This document shows, one piece after another, positions 8,539 through 17,391 of a DNA stretch of 64,000 nucleotides. Numbering within the stretch: the stretch's first letter is position 1; each line of letters begins with the position of its first letter. The notes under the pieces are model-generated. The model worked only from the letters and a program-made list of their open reading frames with translations. It made no database searches and was not told the origin of the DNA. The stretch is from Acidimicrobiales bacterium. GTDB lineage: Bacteria; Actinomycetota; Acidimicrobiia; Acidimicrobiales; Aldehydirespiratoraceae. The stretch spans positions 2,135 through 66,134 of the forward strand of contig JAJCXY010000108.1 in NCBI GenBank assembly GCA_029263215.1, in the 5' to 3' direction. The translations under genes were made by a program, and so were the position numbers.

Positions 8539-9752
8539 ATGAGTCTCGTCGAAGCAGCCCATCGGGAATATCGATCCAAGCGGCCGCCGATGCCGCGGCG
8601 CGCGTCGTCCTGCCGGGTGGAAACACGAGGTCGGTTCTTCATTTCGATCCCTTCCCTTTCCGTGTTTCGACGGCCAGCGGTCCCTACCTCACCGACATCG
8701 ACGGGTTCACCTACGTCGATCTCCTGGGCAACTACACCGCAGGTCTCCTGGGCCATAGCCCGGCCCCGATCCGCAGGGCGGTAAGTGCAGCGCTGGAGAC
8801 TGGTTTCGCCATGGGCGCAACCCACACGGTGGAGATCGAGGCAGCCCGTCTCGTCGCCGCGCGTTTCCCTTCGATCGAGCAGGTTCGGTTCACCAACTCG
8901 GGCACTGAGGCGAATCTGATGGCGCTCGGGTTGGCACTGCATCACACCGGCAGGTCCCGGATTGTCGTGTTCGAGCGCGGCTACCACGGAGGCGTGCTCT
9001 CATTCGACCACGGCCCATCACCCTTGAACGTGCCCCACGACTTCATTGTGCTGCCTTTCAACGACATCGAGTCGGTACGAGCGGCTGTCGGGATCGACGG
9101 AAGTGGGATCGCCTGCGTGCTCGTCGAACTCATGCAAGGCGCAGGTGGCTGCACGCCGGCGGACGACGGCTTTCTCCACGACCTTCGCGAACTGTGTGAC
9201 AAGACCGAGACCCTGCTCATCTTCGACGAGGTCATGACCTCTCGACTTTCGCCGGGAGGAGCGCAGGAACTCTTTGGCGTGATGCCCGACATCACAACCC
9301 TCGGCAAGTACCTTGCCGGCGGCCTTACTTTCGGAGCGTTCGGCGGGCGGGCGGACATCTTCGCGGCGTTCGATCTCAGTGCCGGTGGCGTGTTGAGCCA
9401 GGCAGGGACGTTCAACAACAACATCTTGTCGATGCGCGCGGTGGTGGCCACCATCGACGAAGTGCTCACTCCCGAACTGATCGCCACCGTGAATGAGCGG
9501 GGCGAGCGACTCCGAGACGGCCTCACCCGGATCTTCAGCGAGAACGAACGGCCTTTCGACGTCACCGGTGTCGGTTCGCTCATGGCGATCCACGCGCCAG
9601 AGGCGGAACTCGAATTGTTCTTCCATGCCATGCTCGACAAGGGTTAGTACCTCGCCCGCCGAGGATTCATCGCCCTCTCGTTCGAGATATCAGACCAACT
9701 GATCGACGAGTTCCTGGCCGCGGTGAAGAGCTGGGCTTCTGACCGGCGCTGA
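8539..9752 (+). pseudogene. class-III (glutamate-1-semialdehyde aminomutase-like) aminotransferase, disrupted by a frameshift and an in-frame TAG
   Basis: MSLVEAAHREYRSK (frame of 8539) must shift -1 near 8578..8582 to reach AAADAAARVVLPGGNTRSVLHFDPFPF...LGNYTAGLLGHSP. That second frame has no ATG/GTG/TTG between its opening at 8511 and 8811. The in-frame TAG at 9645..9647 (MLDKG*YLARRGFIALSFEISDQLIDEFLAAVKSW) is followed by a family-typical C-terminus running to TGA 9750..9752. Confidence 0.7.
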
Positions 9753-9865
9753 TAGCGTCGTTGGCCTGGCACGGTGAATGGTCGTCTCGTGTACGAGGCC
9801 ACCATCCTCTACGAGCTCGAGTTGTCGCCCTCGCGATTCTCGTAATTCCGCTCACTGGAGAAGCG

Positions 9866-11344
9866 ATGGCAGTGTCAGACGAGACCCCGAGTGGTCCGGG
9901 CATATGGTCGGGCCCGTACCTGGCTCTGACCTTCGCTCATCTCGCGGTGGTGGCCCTCGTCGCGTTCGGTGGCTTGGCGGTGGTGGCGGCCCTCTCGAGC
10001 ATTGCAGAAGACCTGGGCAGGGTGGGCTTGCTGCCGTGGGTGATCACCGGCCAACTGGCCGCCGGAGCGGTGGCGCTGATCTTCGCCGGTCCGGTGATCG
10101 ACGCAGTAGGAGTTCGACGGACGTTTCGCGTCACCGGGGTATGGCTGTTTGTCTCGACCGCGGCTGCGGCAGTTGCACCATCCATGCCGATCCTGATTCT
10201 TGCCCGGGTGATCCAAGGCTTCGGTGGCGGCCTCGTCTTCGGCGTGGCGTTCACCGCTATCGGAGTGGGTTACCCGAGCGAGCTTCGTCCTCGGGCGTTC
10301 GCGGCTCAGTCCGTGGTGTTCGGAGCGGGAGCGTTCGGTGGTCCCGCCGTGGTGGGCGCGATGTTGGCACTGGGTGGTTGGAGACTGGTCTTCATCGCCG
10401 AACTGCCCCTGATCGCGCTGGCGCTGGCTGTGGGCTGGACGGCGCTACCCACCACACGCGAACGACCTGCACGAATCGAGATCGACTGGAGAGGAGCAGG
10501 CCTACTCACCGCGCTGATCGGTTGCTCGCTTGTGGCGGTGGCCCAGATCGGGGTGCGGTGGTGGGCCGTGGGCCTGGCCGTACTCGGATCCGTTCTGCTG
10601 ACCGGCGCCTACTGGGGTCACAGCGGACGTACGCCCGTGCCCGTGATCGCTCGGGAGCACATCACCCGATTCCCTCTGATGTGGATCCACATCACTTCGG
10701 GCCTGGTGATGTTCATCGCGCTGGGGCTCGAGAATTACGTGCCCCTCTACGTACAGACATCGCGCGGCCGGTCGGTGGAATTCGCGGCCTTCGCCCTCGT
10801 CTTCCTGAGCACGGGTTGGACGGTGGGCTCCCTGCTGTACAGCCGTGCCCTCGACAAGTGGCGCGACTGCGATGTGGTCCTTCTCGGATGTGCGCTCTTC
10901 ATCCCGTCGCTCAGCCTGGCCGGTGTTTCGATCGCCCTCACCTTGCCGCTGGTGGTGTTGTTCGTCGCCTTGGGACTGATCGGCCTGGCGATTGGGTTGG
11001 TGACGACAGCGGGCATCAACCTGCTGCAGGGCAGTAGCGGGATGGAAGAGATGGGGCGCGTCACTTCATCTCACCAGTTCATCCGTCAGGTGTCGCTCAC
11101 CTACGGTGTCGCCCTGGCGAGCGCGATCCTGTTCTTCGTCGTCGACCGTCAGGTGGGCGACGTCGAGGCTCTACGCGAGGTGATCGCCGGCGAGGATGTC
11201 GCCCTCGGCCCCGAAGCGAAGAACGCGATCCGAGATGGCCTGGCCTGGGCTCACCTGATCATGGGCAGCCTGGCTGTCGGATGCCTCATGGTCGGGATAT
11301 CTCTCGTGCGTCGTACCGATCCGGTCGATTCCAGCCCACGCTGA
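9866..11344 (+). CDS. MFS transporter
   Basis: ORF 9761..11344. ATG at 9866 is preceded by GGAG with a 5-nt spacer. There are about 14 hydrophobic spans and an MFS-like loop, GPVIDAVGVRRTF. Confidence 0.8.
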   Translation: MAVSDETPSGPGIWSGPYLALTFAHLAVVALVAFGGLAVVAALSSIAEDLGRVGLLPWVITGQLAAGAVALIFAGPVIDAVGVRRTFRVTGVWLFVSTAAAAVAPSMPILILARVIQGFGGGLVFGVAFTAIGVGYPSELRPRAFAAQSVVFGAGAFGGPAVVGAMLALGGWRLVFIAELPLIALALAVGWTALPTTRERPARIEIDWRGAGLLTALIGCSLVAVAQIGVRWWAVGLAVLGSVLLTGAYWGHSGRTPVPVIAREHITRFPLMWIHITSGLVMFIALGLENYVPLYVQTSRGRSVEFAAFALVFLSTGWTVGSLLYSRALDKWRDCDVVLLGCALFIPSLSLAGVSIALTLPLVVLFVALGLIGLAIGLVTTAGINLLQGSSGMEEMGRVTSSHQFIRQVSLTYGVALASAILFFVVDRQVGDVEALREVIAGEDVALGPEAKNAIRDGLAWAHLIMGSLAVGCLMVGISLVRRTDPVDSSPR

Positions 11345-11834
11345 CGGAGTCGTTGAGGTCGGGATTCTCGTAGTCTCGTAGGTCGATGCCAGAGTGGAGT
11401 ACGGCGCGGAGGTTGGTCATGAAATAGATCCAACAGCCACGGCAGTTCAGATGCTGCCAGACGCGGTCGGGATCGATTGGCGCACAGTTTGTCTGGTGAA
11501 GGTGGACCTCAGTGCCGGCCTGAACGTCTCGAAAGCCGATGTCGACGGTCATCGGGCCAAACGTGAACGTCAATCGTTCGTCCGGCTCCACCGCCATGTA
11601 GCGACCTGAGTGCTGAAAGTCGTGGAGGTAGCTCCAGCGATAATCGTCTCCGGCCTGAACGATCTCGTCTGGGTCGCGAACTTCCCCGTCGGGGCTGGTG
11701 TGCTCAGCCCGAGCTATGAAAAATGACTCGAGTCCTCGACTCGTTGCCCACGATCTGAAGACTTCCGAGCGCGATCGCTGGTAGTACATCGAAAGCTCGA
11801 ACTCGGTCCAGTCGTAGTTGTCGGTGCCGCCCAC
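11286..11834 (-). CDS. SRPBCC (Aha1/START-like) family protein
   Basis: 182-aa ORF. EFELSMYYQRSRSEVFRSWATSRGLESFF...LTFTFGPMTVDIGF is a fold-typical pattern. It overlaps the MFS 3' end by 59 nt in convergent orientation. Confidence 0.6.
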   Translation of the reverse strand: MGGTDNYDWTEFELSMYYQRSRSEVFRSWATSRGLESFFIARAEHTSPDGEVRDPDEIVQAGDDYRWSYLHDFQHSGRYMAVEPDERLTFTFGPMTVDIGFRDVQAGTEVHLHQTNCAPIDPDRVWQHLNCRGCWIYFMTNLRAVLHSGIDLRDYENPDLNDSVSVGWNRPDRYDAREISRP

Positions 11835-11901
11835 GGCGTCTCCGTCCCCTTGGCACTTGGCGGTTGTCTAGCATGGGTTGGCTTCAGGAGGTATGCCTGT
11901 A

Positions 11902-12685
11902 ATGACCGATGCCGAACTCGCTTCAGCCGCGGACAGGCTCGCAGTCAGAACGCCGCCGGTCTTCGAGTCGGCCGCCGCTGAACGTCGTCACCGACTCGAG
12001 CGCTTAGCCGGCGTGTCGAGTGTTCGGCCGTATGGGCTTCTCCGAGGGCTTGCTCGGGCACGTGACGGTGCGCGACCCGGAGCACCACGACCACCTGTGG
12101 ATCAACCCTCTCGGCATCTCGTTCAACTTCGTGAAGGTCTCTGATCTGGTTGAGGCCGACCACGACGGCAACGTCGTCTCCGGTATCCACCAGGTGAATA
12201 CGGTCGGCCTGCTGCTTCACTCGGCGGTTCACCGCGCGCGGCCCGAGGTGACTGCGGTCTGCCACGCCCACTCCACCTACGGAAGCGCCTGGTCGGCCTT
12301 CGGTGCGCCTGTCGACCCCATCACCCAGGACACATCGGTCTTCTTCGACGATCAGGCCGTCATCCGCGAACCGCGCCTAGCGCTGAGTCCTGAGTAGGCC
12401 GACGAGTTTGCCGCGTCCCTTGGCGACAAGCGTGTCGGCATTCATGTCGGCCATGGCCTTTTCACTGCCGGGCAGACCGTCGAGGAGGCCGCCTGGTGGT
12501 TCATCGGGATGGACAAAGCTGCCCACGTTCAGCTCCTGGCTCGTGCTGCGGGCGAATACGAGGTCTGGCCGGCCGATGCGGCGATGATGGTGCGCGGCGC
12601 GCTCGGATCGCCCCAGCTCGGCTGGCTGTCATTTCAGACACTGTGGGATGAGATAACCCAGACCGACCCGGACCTCTTCGACTGA
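11902..12685 (+). pseudogene. class II aldolase/adducin family protein, disrupted by a frameshift and an in-frame TAG
   Basis: The N-terminus MTDAELAS...PPVFESAAAERRHRLERLAG is in frame 1. The body, CRVFGRMGFSEGLLGHVTVRDPEHHDHLWINPLG...AVCHAHSTYGSAW, is in frame 2, with the switch near 12012..12014. The in-frame TAG at 12395..12397 (LSPE*ADEFAASLGDKRVGIHVGHGLFTAGQTVEEAAWWF...) is followed by an intact C-terminus to TGA 12683..12685. Confidence 0.7.
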
Positions 12686-12688
12686 TAG

Positions 12689-13477
12689 TCAGCTCGTTCG
12701 ACCGTAGAAAGTGCTGAGCGCCGACTCGGCCAGGGCGACATCGGGCTGATCGTTGAAGGCGAACACAACGAGCATTCGCGTGACGGAGCCCTCGGTGGGG
12801 GTGACGCGATGCAGTGCGTGGCGGCCTCGAAACATCACGAGGTCGCCGGGCGTGAAGCGGAGGGTCTCGACCTCCTCCTCGCCTCCGAGCACAGCATCGA
12901 CTCGTTCGAACGCCATCTCGCCGAGATCGGCATCGCGCACATCCGATACGTACTCAAGAACTCCACCAGCCTCGGGGGCGCGGAGCAGCATCGTCACCGC
13001 GAACGACGAGTTGTCGAAGTGCCATCCGAGCTCCATGCCCCCAGCCGCGAAGTGGATGTTGATTGATGAGAGGCGATCCGCGTAGGGATGGATCTCGTCG
13101 ATCCCGAGCACGCCGCAAAGGGACGCTCGGAACCTGGGGTCGTCGTAGACATCCCGCAATGGCGCGTCGAGCGCGATCTGATCATCGGCGATCAAGCCCT
13201 TGCTGCTGGCGACCTGTCGGTTGAACGGGTGATTGTCGGGGCGAGCCGGGTCGGGAGGAGTGAGGTAGACGTTGTGAGTCGAGGCGGCGTAGAACACGTC
13301 CCCTTCGCGGTGACCCGACTCGGCAATGATCCGCTCCACCGCTTCAGCGGTGAAGAACCCATCCAGCACGAGCGCACCGTGCGCGTCCAGTCGTGCTCGA
13401 CAGGCGGCGACGTAGGAGATGTCGTCCATCGGATGGCGTGCGGTGTCGATGGCGGGGGCTGTCACGGTCGACGCCAT
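12689..13477 (-). CDS. Fe(II)/2-oxoglutarate-dependent oxygenase family protein
   Basis: 262-aa ORF. MELGWHFDNSSFAVTMLL (HxD) together with FRGRHALHRVTP (distal His/Arg) fits the 2OG oxygenase facial triad. Confidence 0.65.
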   Translation of the reverse strand: MASTVTAPAIDTARHPMDDISYVAACRARLDAHGALVLDGFFTAEAVERIIAESGHREGDVFYAASTHNVYLTPPDPARPDNHPFNRQVASSKGLIADDQIALDAPLRDVYDDPRFRASLCGVLGIDEIHPYADRLSSINIHFAAGGMELGWHFDNSSFAVTMLLRAPEAGGVLEYVSDVRDADLGEMAFERVDAVLGGEEEVETLRFTPGDLVMFRGRHALHRVTPTEGSVTRMLVVFAFNDQPDVALAESALSTFYGRTS

Positions 13478-14322
13478 GCTTCGCGCGGTCCTGGAGTTCG
13501 ACCGACGACAGCCAACTGCGAGTCGAGTTCGGCCGCTATCACACGGTCCAGTCTCGCTAGAGCGACAGGATCATCTTTGCGATGACACGCCCAGGCGGCG
13601 AGAACACATCGACCGGCCATGGCTCCCAGAAAGTCATCGATCACGTGATCGATATCGATCTCTTGCCGCCGCAGCCGGCCCATGACGATGGCGTAGCGGT
13701 GCGGTGCGATGTGGCGGTGTTGTTCGACACAGGTCTGCAACGAGTTCCTCGTGCCGTCACGAAGGAGCACAGTCGCCGCGGCCAGACGGGCCGTGCGGCC
13801 GTTGCCATCGGAGAATGGATGCACGAGCAGCAACCCGAGATGAAGTCGCGCCGCCACCAGCGGGGCCGGCTCAGTCGACAGGCTGGCTCGGTCTGTCAGC
13901 TGCTCCACCAGACCCAGAACCCTCCCCGCTCGGAAGCGAACCCGATGGCCATCGACCCGGACCGGAGTAGTCCTCCACCCACCCGGCCCTCCCACCACCC
14001 GGCTCATGCGCAAAAGGTCGGCGGGCGCTATCTTCTCCGACCCTCCCAGTCCGACCTCGACCGCCGTGGCGAATGCGGGTTCAAGCCAGGGGGCTGCCTC
14101 GCAACTGGCAGCGGCGTGAGCGTTGCGACTCGGTCCCCGCCAAGGCGCGGGTGTAGTGAGTCCTGCATCGAGCGTGAGGCGCGCCCAGTGCAGGATCCTG
14201 AGCAAGGCGGCCCGGCCAAGGCGCCCGGTGCTGATTGCGGCAAACCGTTCAGCCGCGGCAGGTCCCAGATCCACGTCGCCGTCGGCGTTCGGCACTCGTC
14301 GTTGTTGTGCGGGCTTGGTCAC
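13462..14322 (-). CDS. Fic/DOC family protein
   Basis: Canonical Fic motif HPFSDGNGRTAR. The ORF extends to 14433 but then overlaps the divergent kinase gene, so a GTG at 14322 is the more plausible start (uncertain). The 3' end overlaps the oxygenase start by 16 nt. Confidence 0.75.
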   Translation of the reverse strand: MTKPAQQRRVPNADGDVDLGPAAAERFAAISTGRLGRAALLRILHWARLTLDAGLTTPAPWRGPSRNAHAAASCEAAPWLEPAFATAVEVGLGGSEKIAPADLLRMSRVVGGPGGWRTTPVRVDGHRVRFRAGRVLGLVEQLTDRASLSTEPAPLVAARLHLGLLLVHPFSDGNGRTARLAAATVLLRDGTRNSLQTCVEQHRHIAPHRYAIVMGRLRRQEIDIDHVIDDFLGAMAGRCVLAAWACHRKDDPVALARLDRVIAAELDSQLAVVGRTPGPREAWRRP

Positions 14323-14395
14323 GTTCTTCAGTCCTGGTGACGCGATGTTAGATGCGTTCCCCGAGGGCGGAGGTGCCGATCGTTCACCTGCTTGA

Positions 14396-15214
14396 ATGGT
14401 CGTCGTGACCGACCTGGCTGGCAGGCGCCTCATCGATGAAGGTCGAGAGGCCGAGATCTACGAATGGGACGACGGGTTCGTGCTGCGTCTCATGCGCTCC
14501 CCGCTCGCCGGGGAAAGTGTCGACCGGAGCACCTTGGCCAGTGAGGTGGCTCGCGCCAGCGGAGTGCACACTCCGAAGGTGGTGGAGGTGACGGAGGTGG
14601 ACGGGCGCCCCGCCCAGGTGATGGAGCGGGTCGACGGGCCCGACATGTTCTCTCACATCGCGGCCAATCCCATGCGGGTTGTGTCGATGGCTCGACGGCT
14701 CGGCAAAGCTCACGCCGAACTGCACGATGTCGAGGCACCCGACGAATTGGAGTCACTCCACGCCTACCTGGGTGGGCGGATGGAGTCATCCGCGCTGATC
14801 CCGAACGAGGTGAAGAGCCAGGCTCTCGATGCTCTCGATGGTCTCCCTCTCGGGTCTGCGATATGCCATGGCGATTTCCACCCCGGCAATGTCTTGCTCA
14901 CCGAGAGCGGACCGGTGCTGCTGGACTGGTCGAACGCCGCTCGAGGCGACGCCACCGCCGACTTTGCTCGCACCCGGCTGATGCTCAGGGTCGGGGAGTT
15001 GCCACCGGGGGCGCCGGTCGTGATCCGTGTACTGGCTGGCATCGGTCGAGGGGCCCTGCGTCACCTCTACGAGCGCTCCTATCGCAAGCTTCGCCCGGTC
15101 GATCTAGCACTGGCCCGACGTTGGGACCCGGTACTTGCTGCCGATCGGCTGGCCGACGACATTCCCGCGGAGCGAGAGGCCCTGCTGGCGATTGCTCGGT
15201 CCGGCTTCCAATAG
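14396..15214 (+). CDS. aminoglycoside/choline-kinase-type phosphotransferase family protein
   Basis: ICHGDFHPGNVLLTESGPVLLDWSNAARGD is the APH-type catalytic loop plus the DxS/DW motif. Confidence 0.85.
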   Translation: MVVVTDLAGRRLIDEGREAEIYEWDDGFVLRLMRSPLAGESVDRSTLASEVARASGVHTPKVVEVTEVDGRPAQVMERVDGPDMFSHIAANPMRVVSMARRLGKAHAELHDVEAPDELESLHAYLGGRMESSALIPNEVKSQALDALDGLPLGSAICHGDFHPGNVLLTESGPVLLDWSNAARGDATADFARTRLMLRVGELPPGAPVVIRVLAGIGRGALRHLYERSYRKLRPVDLALARRWDPVLAADRLADDIPAEREALLAIARSGFQ

Positions 15215-15227
15215 GCCAGCGGCGGTC

Positions 15228-15995
15228 TCAGTCGTCGGGAAGAGCGTCCCTCCACTCCAGCCACTCACGAACCGGTGCCAGATCCCAGTGGGGGCCTTCG
15301 ATTCCCATCGTCACCTCGTATAGCGACTCCATCTCCTTGGTGGGTTCCGTGGTCGACGAGTCGATGCCCGTCGAGCGTGAGATCGAGCCTGGATCGCGGT
15401 CGAGCTTGCGACACCACTCATTCAGAACCTCGTTCTTGCGGAGGTACTCGGGACTCCAGAAGTAGTGCCAGATGTCGGCGTACTCGGTGGCGAGCCGAAG
15501 GGTGACCTTCTCGCCTCCTCCACCGATCATGATCGGCATCGAGCCCTGCGGAGCAGGGTCGAGCGCGGCCAGACGGGCCTTGAGGATCGGCAGGTCACGC
15601 TCGAGATCGGCGAGACGGGAGCGGGCGGTTCCGAACTCGTAGCCGTAGTCGTTGTAGTCGCGTTCGAACCAACCCGATCCGATCCCGAGAACCACCCGGC
15701 CACCCGAGATGTGATCGACGGTCCTCGCCATGTCGGCGAGGAGGTTGGGGTTTCGGTAGGAGTTACACCCCACGAGGGGCCCGAGCTGCACCCGTTCGGT
15801 GACCTCTGCCAAGGAAGCGAGGGTGGTCCAGCACTCGAAGTGTTTGTCCTCGGGATCGCCGAACAGGGGGAAGAAATGGTCCCACGTGTAGACGACGTCG
15901 ATTCCCAGCTCTTCGCCCGCCACGACCTGTCGACGGAGATCGTCGTAGTCGCCGTGTTGGGGCTGAAACTGTACTGAGATGAGTGGCTTTGGCAC
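15228..15995 (-). CDS. LLM-class F420-dependent oxidoreductase
   Basis: 255-aa ORF. GIDVVYTWDHFFPLFG...LGPLVGCNSYRNPNLLADMARTVDHISGGRVVLGIGSGW. Confidence 0.85.
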   Translation of the reverse strand: MPKPLISVQFQPQHGDYDDLRRQVVAGEELGIDVVYTWDHFFPLFGDPEDKHFECWTTLASLAEVTERVQLGPLVGCNSYRNPNLLADMARTVDHISGGRVVLGIGSGWFERDYNDYGYEFGTARSRLADLERDLPILKARLAALDPAPQGSMPIMIGGGGEKVTLRLATEYADIWHYFWSPEYLRKNEVLNEWCRKLDRDPGSISRSTGIDSSTTEPTKEMESLYEVTMGIEGPHWDLAPVREWLEWRDALPDD

Positions 15996-16017
15996 GTGAA
16001 CCTCGCTCGCTGGATCG

Positions 16018-17391
16018 GTGCCGATTATAGGTTCGCAGGCCGATAGCTACTATGTCGCGGTGACCGGTCTGGATCGCGTCGAGAGTCATTCTGGCTACTG
16101 GCCATCGGCATGGCCGGTGGAGTGCGGCGGCAACCGTCGCCAGAAATCAGCGGCCGGGCGGCTCGACGCGGCCGATGGGTCGGCCCGAGTCGTCACATCG
16201 CGAAATGGTCGCTGGAATGTCATGGTCGTCGAACGCGAGCCAGGGCAGTGGTATGTCGGCGGCACCATGGCGGCCTTCACCGGCCCGCCCCCGTTCGGAT
16301 GGGTGCAGCGAATTGATGTCGACACGCTCCAGCCCCTGGCCTCCTCGCCGGAGCTGCCCTGCGGCGACCATGTCTGGTGCGGTGCGATCCTCGCCCATGC
16401 CAACGGATCGATCATGTCGGTCAACGGCGCCTACCTCCACCGACTCGACCCCGATGATCTGAGCGTGGTGGGGGAGAGGCGGCTCCCGGCCAACCGCGCT
16501 CACAACGGGCTGCTCGCCCTCCGCGACGGCACTCTGATCACCAAGGATCTCCGACTGGAGGGCCAGGGCGGCACCACGATCACCCGACTCGATCCGGGTT
16601 CACTGGAGTTGGTAGGAGAGCCTCTTGTTCTGCCGGAAGGCTCGATGGGTCGCATTGCCGCGGATGTCGTAGACGGGGACGAATTCGTCTATGTGCCAGG
16701 CACAGAGCACCTCTGGCAGCTCAGTGTCGGTGGCGATGAGTTGGCGCTGGAGCCGTGGCGGCCTCGATATCGAACACCCGGTGGCGAGTGGGGGCTTTCC
16801 TGGGACGCCTGCCTGTCCGACGGGCAGTGCTGGATCATGGACTGCGGCGACGTCGAATCCGTACGCCTGATCCACGGGACCGTCCCGAACGGTCGCTACC
16901 AGGCCCCACCAGGCCGGGCCTTGTCCTGGCGCCAGCCGGCTCCGTGGCTGGGAGCTCAGCGCCTCATCAGGGTCTCCCTGGAAGACGACGAGGTGATCGA
17001 CTCCATCGAGCCCTTCGGAACACCGGGCGGAGGCATCATCGCCCCGCCGGTGCATGTTGCGAGCCACGAGATGGCCATTGCGTGGGACTCCGTGAACGGT
17101 GGTCTGGCCGGCGTCGCCACCGGGGGAGAAACGCTCGAGGTGGCCTGGCATGTCGATGCCCGAGCCAGCATGCAACCGGTGGTCTTCGCCGAGTCGGGCG
17201 AGTTGGTAATCAACGATTTCACCGCCGAGGGCAACGACGACCTGATCGTCGTCGACATCTCGACCGGAGCGGTGCTCGATCGCGTCGCCACCGGGTCGCG
17301 GATCGCCAACGGCATGTTCCTGAGCCCAGGCGGCGAGCGCGACATCTTCTATTGCAGCACTGCCACCCTGGCTCGGGTGGCCTGGGTCTGA
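16018..17391 (+). CDS. hypothetical protein, possibly beta-propeller-like
   Basis: Long ORF with coherent coding composition and repeated G/W/D-rich strands. I recognise no family. The start is uncertain (16018 GTG, 16060 GTG or 16222 ATG). Confidence 0.6.
   Translation: MPIIGSQADSYYVAVTGLDRVESHSGYWPSAWPVECGGNRRQKSAAGRLDAADGSARVVTSRNGRWNVMVVEREPGQWYVGGTMAAFTGPPPFGWVQRIDVDTLQPLASSPELPCGDHVWCGAILAHANGSIMSVNGAYLHRLDPDDLSVVGERRLPANRAHNGLLALRDGTLITKDLRLEGQGGTTITRLDPGSLELVGEPLVLPEGSMGRIAADVVDGDEFVYVPGTEHLWQLSVGGDELALEPWRPRYRTPGGEWGLSWDACLSDGQCWIMDCGDVESVRLIHGTVPNGRYQAPPGRALSWRQPAPWLGAQRLIRVSLEDDEVIDSIEPFGTPGGGIIAPPVHVASHEMAIAWDSVNGGLAGVATGGETLEVAWHVDARASMQPVVFAESGELVINDFTAEGNDDLIVVDISTGAVLDRVATGSRIANGMFLSPGGERDIFYCSTATLARVAWV

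Noticed and set aside
8049-8987. 312-aa minus-strand ORF
   Set aside because: It is antisense to the PPOX and aminotransferase genes, has Arg/Gly/His-rich composition and no family resemblance. This is a typical high-GC shadow ORF.
9753-9865. Near-palindromes CTCGTGTACGAG / CTCTACGAGCTCGAG upstream of the MFS gene, considered as an operator or riboswitch
   Set aside because: The arms are short and imperfect, no adjacent regulator gene is present, and I can recognise no conserved riboswitch core. The evidence is too weak to call.
9645-12397. In-frame TAG codons (9645..9647 and 12395..12397) as pyrrolysine or TAG reassignment
   Set aside because: TAG terminates several intact genes in the window, and no pyl genes are seen. 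Both affected genes also carry frameshifts, which points to decay or sequence error.
13582-14340. 252-aa plus-strand ORF
   Set aside because: It is antisense to the Fic gene, which has a canonical catalytic motif. Its composition is Arg/Pro/Gly-rich.
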